From an uncultured SAR86 cluster bacterium (lineage in GTDB: Bacteria; Pseudomonadota; Gammaproteobacteria; Magnimaribacterales; D2472), in NCBI GenBank assembly GCA_902512655.1, contig CABXJR010000001.1:51896-115895 (forward strand): a stretch of DNA of 64,000 nt, given 5' to 3'. This document shows, one piece after another, positions 38,033 through 49,240 of the stretch; the first letter of the stretch is position 1; each line of letters opens with the position of its first letter. Below the pieces are notes generated by a model. The model saw only the letters and a list, made by a program, of their open reading frames with translations. It had not been told where the DNA came from and did no database searches. The position numbers and the translations under genes are program-made.

Positions 38033-40224
38033 GAACTTTTAAATTTTAATCTCATTTCATGCAAGATTGGTTCAGTGTATCCACTAGGCTGAACTCTTCC
38101 TTGTATTGCAAGATTACATGCTGCTTTGAAAGCAATACCATTGTAGGATGGGCCCATTGGCAGATATGAAGGATCACCAGAGTTCTGTTGATCGACAATA
38201 AGAGCCATTCGCTTCATGGTATCTATGACTTGCTCCTCAGAGCAAATAGAATGATGGAGCCAATTAGCAATATGCTGACTTGATATTCTGCAAGTTGCCC
38301 TATCCTCCATCAGCCCTATATTATTTATGTCGGGTACTTTTGAGCACCCTACTCCTTGATCTACCCATCGCACAACGTAACCAAGAATTCCCTGAGCATT
38401 GTTATCTAACTCATTCTGTATGGTATCAGGGGAGAGTGATTCTAAATCGTCTATTACGGGAATTGTTAAAATATCATCTAAACTTGCTTTTGCTCGTTCT
38501 GACAAAGCCTCTTGACGATCTGATACCAAGATTTGATGATAGTGCATAGCATGTAGAGTGGCGCCCGTAGGAGAAGGAACCCACGCACAATTTGCTCCAG
38601 ATTCAGGATGCATAGTTTTAGTCTTATACATATTCAACATTTCATCAGGCATTGGCCACATGCCTTTACCAATTTGCGCATTTCCTTTAAAGCCTGTCTC
38701 AAGACCACAATCAACATTCCAGTCTTCATATGCAGAAATCCATGGTTGCTGCTTCATTTCTGCCTTTGGAATCATTGGACCAGCTTCCATACTTGTATGA
38801 ATTTCATCTCCAGTTCTATCTAAAAAACCTGTATTAATAAATATCACTCTATCCCTAGCAACACGAATACACTCTTTTAAATTAACAGTGGTCCTTCTTT
38901 CCTCATCCATAATTCCAACTTTTGCCGTAAGTGGATTAATATTTAATGATTTTTCAACTGCTGAAAATAAATCACAAGTAAATTGAACCTCATCAGGGCC
39001 ATGCATTTTAGGTTTAACGATATATATACTTCCTGACTGAGAATTTTTAACATTGCTGTTACCATTCAAGTCATGCTTGGCAATACAAATTGTAAACATC
39101 GCATCCAAGATTCCTTCTGGAACTTCATTACCATCTTGATCGAGAATTGAGGGATTAGTCATTAAATGGCCGACATTTCTTATAAGCATAAGACTTCTAC
39201 CAGAGAGCTTGAGATGAGATCCATTTGCTGAAATATAATCTCTATCAGCATTAAGGGTTCGCGTCATCTCAGTTCCACCCTTGATGAAAGTTTCTTTTAG
39301 ATCACCTTTCATAAGCCCTAGCCAATTTCTATATACAACTACCTTATCTTCACCATCAACTGCTGCAACAGAATCCTCGCAATCTTGAATAGTTGTTATC
39401 GCAGACTCAAGCAAAACATCCTTGATGCCAGCTGGGTCAGTGCCCCCAACTGAATGAGTTGGATCTATTTGAATTTCAGCATGAAGGTTATTATTTAATA
39501 ATAAAATTCCAGACGGCTCATCCGATAAACCCATATAACCCCGAAACTGATCATTGTTTTTTAAACTTGTTTTTTCTCCATTAATAAGACCAATCTCCAA
39601 AAGACCATCCTTAACACAGAAAGAATTTACATCATTAAAAGTAGCATTAATAATCGCAAAATTGTTATCTAAGAAATTCTTTGAAAATTCAATTACCTTG
39701 TTTCCACGCACAGGGTTATATGAACCTGCTCTAGAAGCGCCATCTTCTTCAGAAATCATGTCAGTGCCATACAAGGCATCATAAAGGCTACCCCATCTAG
39801 CGTTGGCAGCATTTAAAGCAAATCTTGCGTTCATAACTGGGACAACAAGTTGAGGCCCAGCAATGGATGAAATTTCTGGATCGACGTTCTGTGTATTGAT
39901 CTTAAAATCTTCGCCTTCTTCTTGCAAATAACCTATTTTTTTTAAAAAATCCTTATAAACATCTAAATTTTTTTCTTTTCCAGGATTGTCTATATGCCAA
40001 GCATCGATTTGTTCCTGCATAGACTCTCTAATATTAAGTAATTCTTTATTTCTAGGACTAAATTCATTAATAATCATTTCTAGACTTAACCAAAAATGAT
40101 CTTCTGAAATCTCTAAGCCAGGTAAGACCTCTGTTGATAAAAAACTTGATAGCTCTTCTGCAACTGAAATCGATCCTTTTGTAATATAATTTTTAGACAA
40201 TTTTTTTCTCGGTTTATTTAACAA
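38029..40224 (-). CDS. glcB: Malate synthase G
   Basis: 731 aa. [47 protein letters not shown] and [15 protein letters not shown] are malate synthase G motifs. The listed start is TTG. Confidence 0.95.
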   Translation of the reverse strand: MLNKPRKKLSKNYITKGSISVAEELSSFLSTEVLPGLEISEDHFWLSLEMIINEFSPRNKELLNIRESMQEQIDAWHIDNPGKEKNLDVYKDFLKKIGYLQEEGEDFKINTQNVDPEISSIAGPQLVVPVMNARFALNAANARWGSLYDALYGTDMISEEDGASRAGSYNPVRGNKVIEFSKNFLDNNFAIINATFNDVNSFCVKDGLLEIGLINGEKTSLKNNDQFRGYMGLSDEPSGILLLNNNLHAEIQIDPTHSVGGTDPAGIKDVLLESAITTIQDCEDSVAAVDGEDKVVVYRNWLGLMKGDLKETFIKGGTEMTRTLNADRDYISANGSHLKLSGRSLMLIRNVGHLMTNPSILDQDGNEVPEGILDAMFTICIAKHDLNGNSNVKNSQSGSIYIVKPKMHGPDEVQFTCDLFSAVEKSLNINPLTAKVGIMDEERRTTVNLKECIRVARDRVIFINTGFLDRTGDEIHTSMEAGPMIPKAEMKQQPWISAYEDWNVDCGLETGFKGNAQIGKGMWPMPDEMLNMYKTKTMHPESGANCAWVPSPTGATLHAMHYHQILVSDRQEALSERAKASLDDILTIPVIDDLESLSPDTIQNELDNNAQGILGYVVRWVDQGVGCSKVPDINNIGLMEDRATCRISSQHIANWLHHSICSEEQVIDTMKRMALIVDQQNSGDPSYLPMGPSYNGIAFKAACNLAIQGRVQPSGYTEPILHEMRLKFKSS

Positions 40225-40325
40225 TTTAAAAATCTAAACATAGTCTAACAAAATAAAATAGAGCTAAATATGAGAAATTGCGCAATTTTAAGAAAATGTT
40301 TTTTAACTTTTTAGAAAAATAATAT

Positions 40326-42785
40326 ATGAAAAAGTTTCTGAAGAAATTTAGATATCAAAGACTCATCCAACCTCATTATCTTATAATAATTTTACCCATC
40401 TTGTGTGCATGTTCTGGAGGGGGAAGCAAGATGTTGCCACCCCCTGTGATTCAAGAAGTAACTTCACAAGAAGAAATTGATAAACGATATGAATTTAGCG
40501 AATTCTCTAATGTCATGGTATCTCCATGGGGTGAGGTTGAATTTACCTACTCGTTAAGCGCATATTCTCCCTCAATAGATTTTCCATCAAATGAAAAATA
40601 TAAAATAGAAGATTATGGATTTTTGCAGGTTGAAACCAAAGGCACGCATCCTGGCGATGATGCTAACAAAGACGAAATCTCCCCCCCAGGCCCTTGGACA
40701 CCAAATGGTCAATGGTTTGAAGCAAATCTTAATGGCGATGATTTTTCTGATCTAATATATGTTGGTAATACCGTTGGAACAAGAGAGTTTGTTCCGGAAG
40801 ATTTAATGATTACATTTATTAATGATGGTCAAGGTCACTTTCGAATTGCACCTGAATTATTTGCAAGTCAGGCCTTCCCATGCGTGAACGGTGGTGCAAA
40901 TTGGCTCAGCACTGAAAATAATGATCCTAAAAAGGATTGTGGCAACCAAGCAGATTATACCAACGGAAAAATAGTTGTAGACTTTAATGGCGATGGGTTG
41001 AGTGATTATTATGACACCAGCATCTTATATTTAACTAATGAAGATGGTCAGCTCATTAATTCAAGTCAAACAAATTTACCTTCAATGTTTTTTGAAAAAG
41101 CTCATGGTCATATATTTGTTCATGACGCAACTTATGGAGACCTCGATGGAGATGGTGACCTCGATATTTTTGTTCCTATCAGTGATTACACCGAACATGG
41201 TTTTAAATTTGGAGGAGAGCCTGATGAATGTTCTGGTTGCACTTCACAGATACCTTATACAGCCCTCATCAATGACGGAAATGGGAACTTCTCTGCTAAT
41301 CATAGTATTCCCTTATATGATTATTGGGTTGATTATGAGCAAAAGTATGGGTATCCAGTGACTCAATTGTGGCCAACCACAACAACAATTGGTGACTTTG
41401 ATAATGATGGATTTGGAGATATAGCTCTGGGTTGGTTTAACCCTGAAGTTGCTCATTTATATGGTTTTAATGAAAATAGTGCTGGAGTTGTCTATCTTAA
41501 CAATGGTCAGAATGACTGGACTCAAAGAGAATTTATACAACTGCCATCAAATTATTTTGGATCAAATGGCAATGCAAATGATATGGAGGCATTTGACTTT
41601 AATAACGATGGTTACTTAGATATTGTCATGGCTTCAACAATACATGAGCCATATTATGAATCTAGGGTGGTGCAATTCTTTCAAAATAATTTAGGTACAT
41701 CATTTGGCGATGTTACCGAAACAGTAAATCCAAGCTTTTCAAAATATGCCAATGGCAACCCATATTCAAATTATGGGGTTGGCCAAGGAAAACTTCATAT
41801 TCTTGATTATGACCATGATGGAGACATGGATATTATAGATTCAACAACTCGAACATATGCTCTTATTAATAATAATGGTATTTTTGAATGGTACGAAAAT
41901 TTTGTAGATGTTGATGAGGATAGAATTTTATGGCCAATTGAAATAGATAATAATTTTCACTATGATTTTATTGGCTCAAATGTTAATTGTGGTCCAGACT
42001 CATGTACAACAAATTTTTTTCAAGTTCTAGACCCCTTAAATCAGGATTTACTAAACCAGTTTCTTGCAAAAACTGACAAGTATGAAGAAGCCGCATATCA
42101 ATCTCTTGGAAATCTGAGTCAGATCAGAAGATCAACTAGAGATCACAGATTTATATATAAAAATAACTTTAATGGAGCCCTATTTGGCTACAACTCAGAA
42201 AAAATAAACGATTTCAATTTATATGCTGGAAACAATAAGGGTATGTTAAAAGGAAACTTTTTGGGTTTTTCCAAGCATCATTCCAGCCTAAGATACGGTG
42301 TGATCTTTGCTGATAGTTACGTTAATCAGTTTAACCAAAGTGAAATATTTGGAACAAGCAATGCTCTTCTTGAGTTCAAATCCTCAAGTTTTTTTATTGA
42401 AATGCCTTTAAGTTATAAATTTTTAGTTATTAATTATGGATTAAGTTTGGATAATTTGGTTATTGATTCTTTTACAGAAAATATGCAGTTTGTAAAAAAT
42501 GCTTACAAAGGTATTGATAACAACAGTGTCAATTTATTTTTTGATTTTAATTATGCGTTTGAGTTTCTTGGATTTATAGGTGAGCTTGATGTGGGTATCT
42601 CAAATAATAAATCTATAAATTTATTTGGATTTGAGGACCGTGGATTTGTTTATCCCGCCAATCAATCAAAAAATAATTTTGATGGAGTGTTTAAATTATT
42701 CAAAGGTCCATTTTTTTTATCAGTCGATAAACAAAATGCATATGATCCAACAATAAATATAGGTTTTAATTACTGGATCAATTAA
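40326..42785 (+). CDS. FG-GAP/VCBS-repeat lipoprotein with beta-rich C-terminal domain
   Basis: Lipobox ILCAC-SGGG. At least 5 Ca-binding DxDxDG-type repeats: FNGDGLSDY, GDLDGDGDLDIF, GDFDNDGFGDIA, FDFNNDGYLDIV, LDYDHDGDMDII. Confidence 0.8.
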   Translation: MKKFLKKFRYQRLIQPHYLIIILPILCACSGGGSKMLPPPVIQEVTSQEEIDKRYEFSEFSNVMVSPWGEVEFTYSLSAYSPSIDFPSNEKYKIEDYGFLQVETKGTHPGDDANKDEISPPGPWTPNGQWFEANLNGDDFSDLIYVGNTVGTREFVPEDLMITFINDGQGHFRIAPELFASQAFPCVNGGANWLSTENNDPKKDCGNQADYTNGKIVVDFNGDGLSDYYDTSILYLTNEDGQLINSSQTNLPSMFFEKAHGHIFVHDATYGDLDGDGDLDIFVPISDYTEHGFKFGGEPDECSGCTSQIPYTALINDGNGNFSANHSIPLYDYWVDYEQKYGYPVTQLWPTTTTIGDFDNDGFGDIALGWFNPEVAHLYGFNENSAGVVYLNNGQNDWTQREFIQLPSNYFGSNGNANDMEAFDFNNDGYLDIVMASTIHEPYYESRVVQFFQNNLGTSFGDVTETVNPSFSKYANGNPYSNYGVGQGKLHILDYDHDGDMDIIDSTTRTYALINNNGIFEWYENFVDVDEDRILWPIEIDNNFHYDFIGSNVNCGPDSCTTNFFQVLDPLNQDLLNQFLAKTDKYEEAAYQSLGNLSQIRRSTRDHRFIYKNNFNGALFGYNSEKINDFNLYAGNNKGMLKGNFLGFSKHHSSLRYGVIFADSYVNQFNQSEIFGTSNALLEFKSSSFFIEMPLSYKFLVINYGLSLDNLVIDSFTENMQFVKNAYKGIDNNSVNLFFDFNYAFEFLGFIGELDVGISNNKSINLFGFEDRGFVYPANQSKNNFDGVFKLFKGPFFLSVDKQNAYDPTINIGFNYWIN

Positions 42786-42811
42786 AAAGTATGACACTTA
42801 TAAAGTCATAC

Positions 42812-42841
42812 AAAAAAAGCCCCGAATAATCAGGGCTTTTT
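42812..42841. terminator. Bidirectional Rho-independent terminator between convergent genes
   Basis: A7, then GCCCCGA-ataa-TCAGGGC (one mismatch), then T5. Confidence 0.7.
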
Positions 42842-42859
42842 ATAGACTAAGACTTTGGC

Positions 42860-45760
42860 TTAAAAATTATAAGTCCATCTAACACCATAAGTTGCCTGCT
42901 CCCTTGCCCAGATACTTTTATTAAATCCAAGAGGTGCTGTGGCCTCACCTATGTGCATAATATTTTCTTCATCAGTGATGTTTTGACCATAAATATCAAC
43001 ACGCCATTTAGGATCATCAACTGAAGGGGTAATAGAAATCATGGCATTATACTCAGTCCATGATGGAACTTTATCCCACTCAAGATCAAATAAACTGGTA
43101 TAGCGCTCATCTTGCTTGTAGGCATCTAACCTAAAATTAACATTATAATTTTCAGTGACCATGGTGTACTGAATTCCTAGATTCATTGAAAGCTCAGGAT
43201 GTGTTAATGAATTGCCGCTAATATCTGAGAGCAATCCATCTTTGATTACATCAGCCGGATTACAACCAAGCGACGCACAAACAGCGCTTACCATTACAGA
43301 AGAATAAAGATCTCTTGATGCAGTGAGCGATGGCAAATGACCAGGTGTCACATTAGGCAAGAAACTTACAGGTGTTGGTTGCCCGGATACCCTGTCACCA
43401 TGAAACTCAGCGGGCACAATAAGTGCCTGAGCTGGCCCCCATAATCCGCCCTGCCATATGTTCCAGATTGCAGTTGCAATATCTTTTCTTACAACAAAAA
43501 CCTCGCCATCTGCAGCATTTTTCATTAAGTGCCAATTACCGCAACCTGTTGTTAAGCAAAGATCAGCATTGGCTGGGTTCATAATCATCTCACCGCTAGC
43601 AATTTCTGAATCCTCCCAAGCAATACCCACATTAATTTGCCATTGAGGGGCGTTAACTGGAACCCAGATGAATTCACTTTCAAAGCCCATCATGTCGACA
43701 TCAATACCCTCATTTACACGAGTTTTATTTTGAATTTTTGTGACTTGATAATCCTCAGCATCATACATATAGGCTGCTGCATTCCATCGCATTCCTTGTG
43801 CAGGAAAATCAGCCTTAAAACCAACTTCAAATGCAGTTAATTCTGTAGATGGAAATACTTGGGGAGTGTCAGGATATTTTACAGGATCTAGCGCTGGGTT
43901 AAATCCACCACCTTTAAATCCTTTAGAGATTGATCCGTAAACAAGCGTATTGTCATTCAAAACATAATCAACAACAAAACGGCCTGTATTATTTGCATAT
44001 TCTGTTTCAGGATCACCAACTGCTCCTGAGGCATACCATGACTGACCAAATGCAGGAATTTCATTACCTGGCATTGGGATTGCAGTAAATCCATTGCCTT
44101 GACTACCAAAGCCAACAACGCTTAAAAATGGTGAACGACCATATTGTTCTTTGTAGTCTTCAGTTCTTCTTAAGCCCACGGTGTATTTCAACCTATCATT
44201 GGCTTGATAATAGATCTCACCAAATATAGCTGAACTTCTTGTAGCAGCAATACTAGAGGTTCTGTATAAAGGAGCATAAAGTTGCACAGCACCTTGAGGA
44301 TAGTTAGTTAAAACGGTGGGTGGGAATAATGCTAATGCATCTAATCCGTTGGCTGCAATATCATATACACTCAAGCCAGAAGCTTTAGAATGAATTGCTC
44401 CCAATAAATAATTCCAGCTTCCATCTAAACTTGATTGCAGTCTTATCTCAGTGACTTCATTTTCAGTTTCTGGATTATATTGACGATCATAGCCGTCTGG
44501 GTAATTCATAGTGTCAACAAGACAGCCGCCGTATGATCCCAAAGTACCATCTTCAAGTTTACAGTTTGGGCCATAACCTGTCATAGGAACATTTCCTCCA
44601 GGAAAAAAGGGGTTATCTTTGAATCTAAGTCGATCATACTCTTCCGATTCATACACTCCTGTTCGATCATAAAGTCGATCTTTTCTAGAGTGAGATATGG
44701 TCATATCCCAGTTATCATTAATTGAATGATGAACAATCAGCTGCGTAATGTCTTGATCAATAATATATCGCGGATTACCTCTATTATTTGATTGCCAAAA
44801 GCCCTTGGGTGCACCAGACATATCTGTCACTGGCGTATAATCCAATATCCCGCTTAAAATTGCTAAATTTTCTACATAAGTTGCCATGGGATGGGTCAAC
44901 TCATGCACTTGAGGACCGCCTGGAGTACAACCTACTGCAACAGATGGATCACGCTTACAATATCGATTATTTACATAGTGACGAGTAGAGTCCTCTTCAT
45001 AATGATCATGTACAAATAAAATATCGGTATCATCACTTAGCTGCCATGCAAAAGAAAATCTATATGCGGATGAGTCTCTATTATTAATGTGAGAAGTTGG
45101 AGCCTTTGAATAAATGTTTTTAATATCGCCATCGCGCTCAACAGACATGAGAGCAAACCTTGCAGCCATAGTATCGCTTAATGGGTAGTTTAATGTGTAT
45201 CTCAATTTCTCTAGGTTGAAGTCACCGAGATCAATAGAAACCATTTGAGTCATTTCATCAAATTTTGGTCTTCCCGTAATTAAATTAATAGCTCCTCCAA
45301 CAGAATTTTTACCATAGAGTGTGCCTTGAGGGCCTCTAAGAACCTCAATACGCTCCATGTCCAAAAACTCGCCGTCTTGCATGGTTGTAGAACCAACTGG
45401 TAGGTCATTAACATGTATTTCAACTCCAGATTCAGCAGTTTGGGATACAGCTAGGTTTGTAATACCTCGAATATTGAATGCTCCACCTCCAGAATCATTC
45501 CCTTGAAAATTTAAACTTGGGGTAATAAGTTGCAAATCAGAGCCAGATTGGATTTGCTGATCCTCAAGCATTTCTGCTGTTAGAGCTGTCACAGCAATAG
45601 GAACATCTTGTAAACTCTCTTCAACTCTTTGCGAAGTAACAATCACTTCTTCAATTGTGTTGACTGCCTCATCTTGTGCTGATGCAGGATTAATTAAAAA
45701 CAAAAAACTACCTGCGATTGCAGCAGCTTTTATACCAAAAGCCAATCTTGTAAGCTTCAT
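42860..45760 (-). CDS. TonB-dependent receptor
   Basis: Signal peptide. Plug region EEVIVTSQRVEESLQDVPIAVTAL..RIEVLRGPQGTLYGKNSVGGAINLIT. C-terminal YGVRWTYNF with a terminal Phe. Confidence 0.9.
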   Translation of the reverse strand: MKLTRLAFGIKAAAIAGSFLFLINPASAQDEAVNTIEEVIVTSQRVEESLQDVPIAVTALTAEMLEDQQIQSGSDLQLITPSLNFQGNDSGGGAFNIRGITNLAVSQTAESGVEIHVNDLPVGSTTMQDGEFLDMERIEVLRGPQGTLYGKNSVGGAINLITGRPKFDEMTQMVSIDLGDFNLEKLRYTLNYPLSDTMAARFALMSVERDGDIKNIYSKAPTSHINNRDSSAYRFSFAWQLSDDTDILFVHDHYEEDSTRHYVNNRYCKRDPSVAVGCTPGGPQVHELTHPMATYVENLAILSGILDYTPVTDMSGAPKGFWQSNNRGNPRYIIDQDITQLIVHHSINDNWDMTISHSRKDRLYDRTGVYESEEYDRLRFKDNPFFPGGNVPMTGYGPNCKLEDGTLGSYGGCLVDTMNYPDGYDRQYNPETENEVTEIRLQSSLDGSWNYLLGAIHSKASGLSVYDIAANGLDALALFPPTVLTNYPQGAVQLYAPLYRTSSIAATRSSAIFGEIYYQANDRLKYTVGLRRTEDYKEQYGRSPFLSVVGFGSQGNGFTAIPMPGNEIPAFGQSWYASGAVGDPETEYANNTGRFVVDYVLNDNTLVYGSISKGFKGGGFNPALDPVKYPDTPQVFPSTELTAFEVGFKADFPAQGMRWNAAAYMYDAEDYQVTKIQNKTRVNEGIDVDMMGFESEFIWVPVNAPQWQINVGIAWEDSEIASGEMIMNPANADLCLTTGCGNWHLMKNAADGEVFVVRKDIATAIWNIWQGGLWGPAQALIVPAEFHGDRVSGQPTPVSFLPNVTPGHLPSLTASRDLYSSVMVSAVCASLGCNPADVIKDGLLSDISGNSLTHPELSMNLGIQYTMVTENYNVNFRLDAYKQDERYTSLFDLEWDKVPSWTEYNAMISITPSVDDPKWRVDIYGQNITDEENIMHIGEATAPLGFNKSIWAREQATYGVRWTYNF

Positions 45761-45920
45761 AAGTTAACTCCCCATATGTAAGTAAATATAAATATTTCGT
45801 ATACTTAATAGTAAACATAATTAATGTGATGAATGCAATAAAAAAAATTTATTTTGATTTCATCATTAAAAATCTATATTTAGTAATACAATAATTAGAG
45901 AATTTATTACCTAATTGAAT

Positions 45921-47591
45921 ATGCAATATTTATTTTTCTTTTTGCTGATTAGTTCATGTTCCTATGATCAAAATGTAAAGGAAGCCGACTTAATCATTAG
46001 TTCAAATAAAGTAATTCTAATGACAGGCAACGAGCAAGCTGAGCGTTTGTCTGTTGCAGTTAAAAATAAAAAAATTATCTGGATAGGGCCTCAAAAGAAG
46101 GCAAAACATATTCAAGGCAAGCATATAGATTTTGGAAATCAGGCAGTTCTTCCAGGCTTTATTGATGCCCATGGTCATGCTTCTTATTTAGCATTTGCCA
46201 CTCAAGTTGCAAACATTGCCTCCCCTCCTGTAGGCACCATCAATAATATCAAAGAGCTCCAAGCTGAACTAAAGAAATTTATCAATGGCTCTAATCTGAA
46301 ACCTGGCGAATGGGTAATGGGTCTTGGTTATGATGACTCGCTTCTGGCAGAACAAAGGCATCCCACTAAAGATGATCTGGATGAGGTGAGCACTGAACAT
46401 CCTATATATCTCATTCATGTGTCGGCCCACCTTGGCGCAGCTAATTCCTTGGGCTTGTCTTTGGCAAACATTAGCTCGGAAACTCAAGATCCGCCTGGAG
46501 GGAAAATTCGAAGATATGAGAACTCATCAGAACCAAATGGGGTTTTTGAAGAGACGGCAGCATACCCTTTGCAACAATTAGCTATGAGTGCGTACAAAGA
46601 TCCAATTGGTAGTGTCAAAAAAGCCATGAATATTTATGCAAGAAATGGAATTACCACCGCTCAAGATGGAGCCTCTAGCCCAGAAACAATTAGCTTGATG
46701 CAGGCAGCTGATGCGCAAGGTATGATCAATCTGGATATTATTAGTTATCCCATAGGGCAAAATGGATTAGATAAAAATCTAGATTCAATTAATTTTGGTA
46801 ACTATGAGGGAAGATTAAAAATTGGTGGCATTAAGCTAATTTTAGACGGCTCACCTCAGGGGAAAACTGCTTATTTAACTGAGCCATATTACAAGCCGCC
46901 TCACAGCGAATCAGATTCATACAAAGGATACCCCCTTATTCCTCAATCAGAAGTTTCAAAATGGATAAAGAAGTATGCTGATCTAAACATTCCCATTATG
47001 GCCCATGCCAATGGCGATGCTGCAGCAGATATGCTTATCAAGGCTGTAAAAGATGCAGATATCAATTCTGATCATCGAACCATCATGATTCATGCGCAAA
47101 CAGTTAGAGAAGATCAACTAGATCAAATGAAAGAACTAAAAATTATTCCCTCTTACTTTTCAACACATACATTCTACTGGGGAGACTGGCATAGAGATTC
47201 AGTGTTTGGAGAAGATCGTGCCATGCGCATAAGTCCTACGAAATCCACTCTCAATAGAAACATGCCCTTTACTGTCCATAATGATGCCCCAGTGGTTCCA
47301 CCGGATATGATCAGACTACTTTGGTCAACAACTAATAGAAAAACTAGATCTGGTAAAGTTCTTGGTGAAGAGCAAAAAATTTCTACTTATTCAGCTCTAG
47401 AGGCAATGACAATCAATGCAGCCCATCAGCACTTTGAAGATGATAACAAAGGTAGTATTGAGGTTGGTAAACTTGCTGATTTAGTCGTTCTATCTGAGGA
47501 TCCCTTAAGCATCTCGCCAGATCAACTACTGACCTTAAAAGTTATAGCAACCTACTCTCATGGAAAGGAGATCTTTAAAAATGAAAAATAA
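45921..47591 (+). CDS. Amidohydrolase-3 family (YtcJ-like) metallohydrolase, lipoprotein-like
   Basis: PGFIDAHGH (HxH), LILDGSPQG, AHANGD, IHAQT and FTVHNDAP ligand motifs. I use the ATG at 45921; the track starts at TTG 45915. Confidence 0.85.
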   Translation: MQYLFFFLLISSCSYDQNVKEADLIISSNKVILMTGNEQAERLSVAVKNKKIIWIGPQKKAKHIQGKHIDFGNQAVLPGFIDAHGHASYLAFATQVANIASPPVGTINNIKELQAELKKFINGSNLKPGEWVMGLGYDDSLLAEQRHPTKDDLDEVSTEHPIYLIHVSAHLGAANSLGLSLANISSETQDPPGGKIRRYENSSEPNGVFEETAAYPLQQLAMSAYKDPIGSVKKAMNIYARNGITTAQDGASSPETISLMQAADAQGMINLDIISYPIGQNGLDKNLDSINFGNYEGRLKIGGIKLILDGSPQGKTAYLTEPYYKPPHSESDSYKGYPLIPQSEVSKWIKKYADLNIPIMAHANGDAAADMLIKAVKDADINSDHRTIMIHAQTVREDQLDQMKELKIIPSYFSTHTFYWGDWHRDSVFGEDRAMRISPTKSTLNRNMPFTVHNDAPVVPPDMIRLLWSTTNRKTRSGKVLGEEQKISTYSALEAMTINAAHQHFEDDNKGSIEVGKLADLVVLSEDPLSISPDQLLTLKVIATYSHGKEIFKNEK

Positions 47592-47693
47592 TATTAAATT
47601 TACTTGGCCTTTTATTTTGGCACAAAAGTCTTTTCTAGCTTTTTTATTGATGTTTACATTAAGTTCTTTCTGAATAAGAATTAACAAAGCAAC

Positions 47694-47734
47694 TGGAGCG
47701 GGAAACCAGGTTCGAACTGGCGACCTCAACTTGG
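47694..47734 (-). other. Degenerate 3' fragment of tRNA-Gly(GCC), fragment a
   Basis: 37 nt are identical to 50305-50341 (CCA end, T-arm, through CCTCAAC). One base is then missing and similarity is lost after TTGG. There is no 5' acceptor strand. Confidence 0.85.
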
Positions 47735-47762
47735 GAGAGTTGTGCTCCACCCTGAATTGTTT

Positions 47763-48977
47763 TCACAACTCACTCCACTTCATCACTTGCAATTCTGGCT
47801 TGGGAACCTTTGCACCGATAGCATCTAACCATCGCAGGGTAATAAAACCAAAATTATGTCCACTTGTATCCAACCAATTAGGGTGCCCGGGGTCTTGGTG
47901 AGCAACCACAAATTCTACCGAACCATCTGCAGAGTACTCTACCTCATCTAATGTAAGTGACCTTGATCGGTGAAGGTAATCTGCGGTTTCATGCCAACGA
48001 GATTCTAAAGCAATATTCCAGTAACGAGTATCAGGCGGCTGCACCCGCATCAGCAAGGCCTCATCATCAGCAATCTGATAACTGCCAATCATATATAGGT
48101 TGTCATTTCCAGCAATCGCCCCTCCCAAGGTATCTGAGGTAGCCTCAATAAATACATTGGTTTTCTCCATCAATTCTGGCAAAACCCTATGATGCAAAGT
48201 TGTCAAACTTAAAAAGGCAAAACTAGTACCAATAATTGCATCTGCAATCTCTTGATCAGTGACGGGGTTATACGGAATTGGGGAGCCCAAGACTTCAATA
48301 TTTAAGGTAGGTAATTCCTCTGTCTCTCGCGTCGCAATATATTGCCGCACTAAAATACCTGACGCATCATCTGGAATTTGAACCCATTGGCCTGGTATAT
48401 CAATCGCTTCTTGACTAAGAATCAAAGTGAAGTTTCCGTCTTGGTCAAGTTCAAGCGTCTTATCGCTAAGATATGCAAACTGGCGCCGAGGTGTATTTCC
48501 TTGACCAGCATTGAATGTCAAACCTAAATAGCGAACGGTACCTATATTACCTGTAATTTTATAGTTGTACTGTCCATCAATTGCTGCAAATTCATATTCA
48601 GCATCTGGATTATCCCCTCCAACCTTACGCACCAAAGTATCCATTCTTTGAAAATGTGGCATACGGGGATTTGCATCGGCAGCTACTTCTACACTCATTG
48701 CTATCACACGCAATAGCCAACGCATGCCTTCAATAGCTTCCTGCTCAGTTCTAGCATCACTGAGCACCATCTTACGAGCAGCTGATAGCATTTCCTCAAA
48801 ATCTAATAATGCTTGATGAGATTCAAGCTTTGAATAGCTTTGATTTGAACTTGCTCCAAAATTCGTAAGAGTTGAATATAAGGCTGGGCCACGAGGAGCT
48901 TGATAGCCTACAAATCCACCAATAATGAAAATTATTATCGCAATAAGCGCAATAACAAACTTTTTAAGCATGGTCAC
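47763..48977 (-). CDS. Membrane-anchored hypothetical protein, DUF1214-like
   Basis: N-terminal TM helix. VGGDNPDAEYEFAAIDGQYNYKITG resembles the NPD-x-x-Y core I associate with DUF1214. The family call is weak. Confidence 0.5.
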   Translation of the reverse strand: MTMLKKFVIALIAIIIFIIGGFVGYQAPRGPALYSTLTNFGASSNQSYSKLESHQALLDFEEMLSAARKMVLSDARTEQEAIEGMRWLLRVIAMSVEVAADANPRMPHFQRMDTLVRKVGGDNPDAEYEFAAIDGQYNYKITGNIGTVRYLGLTFNAGQGNTPRRQFAYLSDKTLELDQDGNFTLILSQEAIDIPGQWVQIPDDASGILVRQYIATRETEELPTLNIEVLGSPIPYNPVTDQEIADAIIGTSFAFLSLTTLHHRVLPELMEKTNVFIEATSDTLGGAIAGNDNLYMIGSYQIADDEALLMRVQPPDTRYWNIALESRWHETADYLHRSRSLTLDEVEYSADGSVEFVVAHQDPGHPNWLDTSGHNFGFITLRWLDAIGAKVPKPELQVMKWSEL

Positions 48978-49153
48978 TATTCCTATTTTCCATTTCAGAT
49001 TTTATATAAATAATACACTGAAACATTACACAAAATACCGTACCTACTTCGTACCTACAAATAAATAATTGAAACATAGCAATAAGCACTAAAGCCTTCT
49101 ATGGGGTATTAGCTATAAAGCCTGTTCTAATGGGGTTAAAGTCTTGGTGGAAG

Positions 49154-49202
49154 TGGAGCGGGAAACCAGGTTCGAACTGGCGACCTCAACCTTGGCAAGG
49201 TT
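49154..49202 (-). other. 3' fragment of tRNA-Gly(GCC), fragment b
   Basis: 49 nt are identical to 50305-50353 (CCA end through the anticodon loop and 4 nt of the 5' anticodon-stem strand), followed by unrelated sequence. Confidence 0.9.
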
Positions 49203-49240
49203 CTATTCCGAAAAAGCTGAGTCCCAGCTCGATAGGTACA

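Noticed and set aside
45890-45908. Fur-box-like AATAATTAGAGAATTTATT between the TonB-dependent receptor and the amidohydrolase genes
   Set aside because: Only about 11/19 matches to GATAATGATAATCATTATC, which is indistinguishable from background in this AT-rich intergenic DNA.
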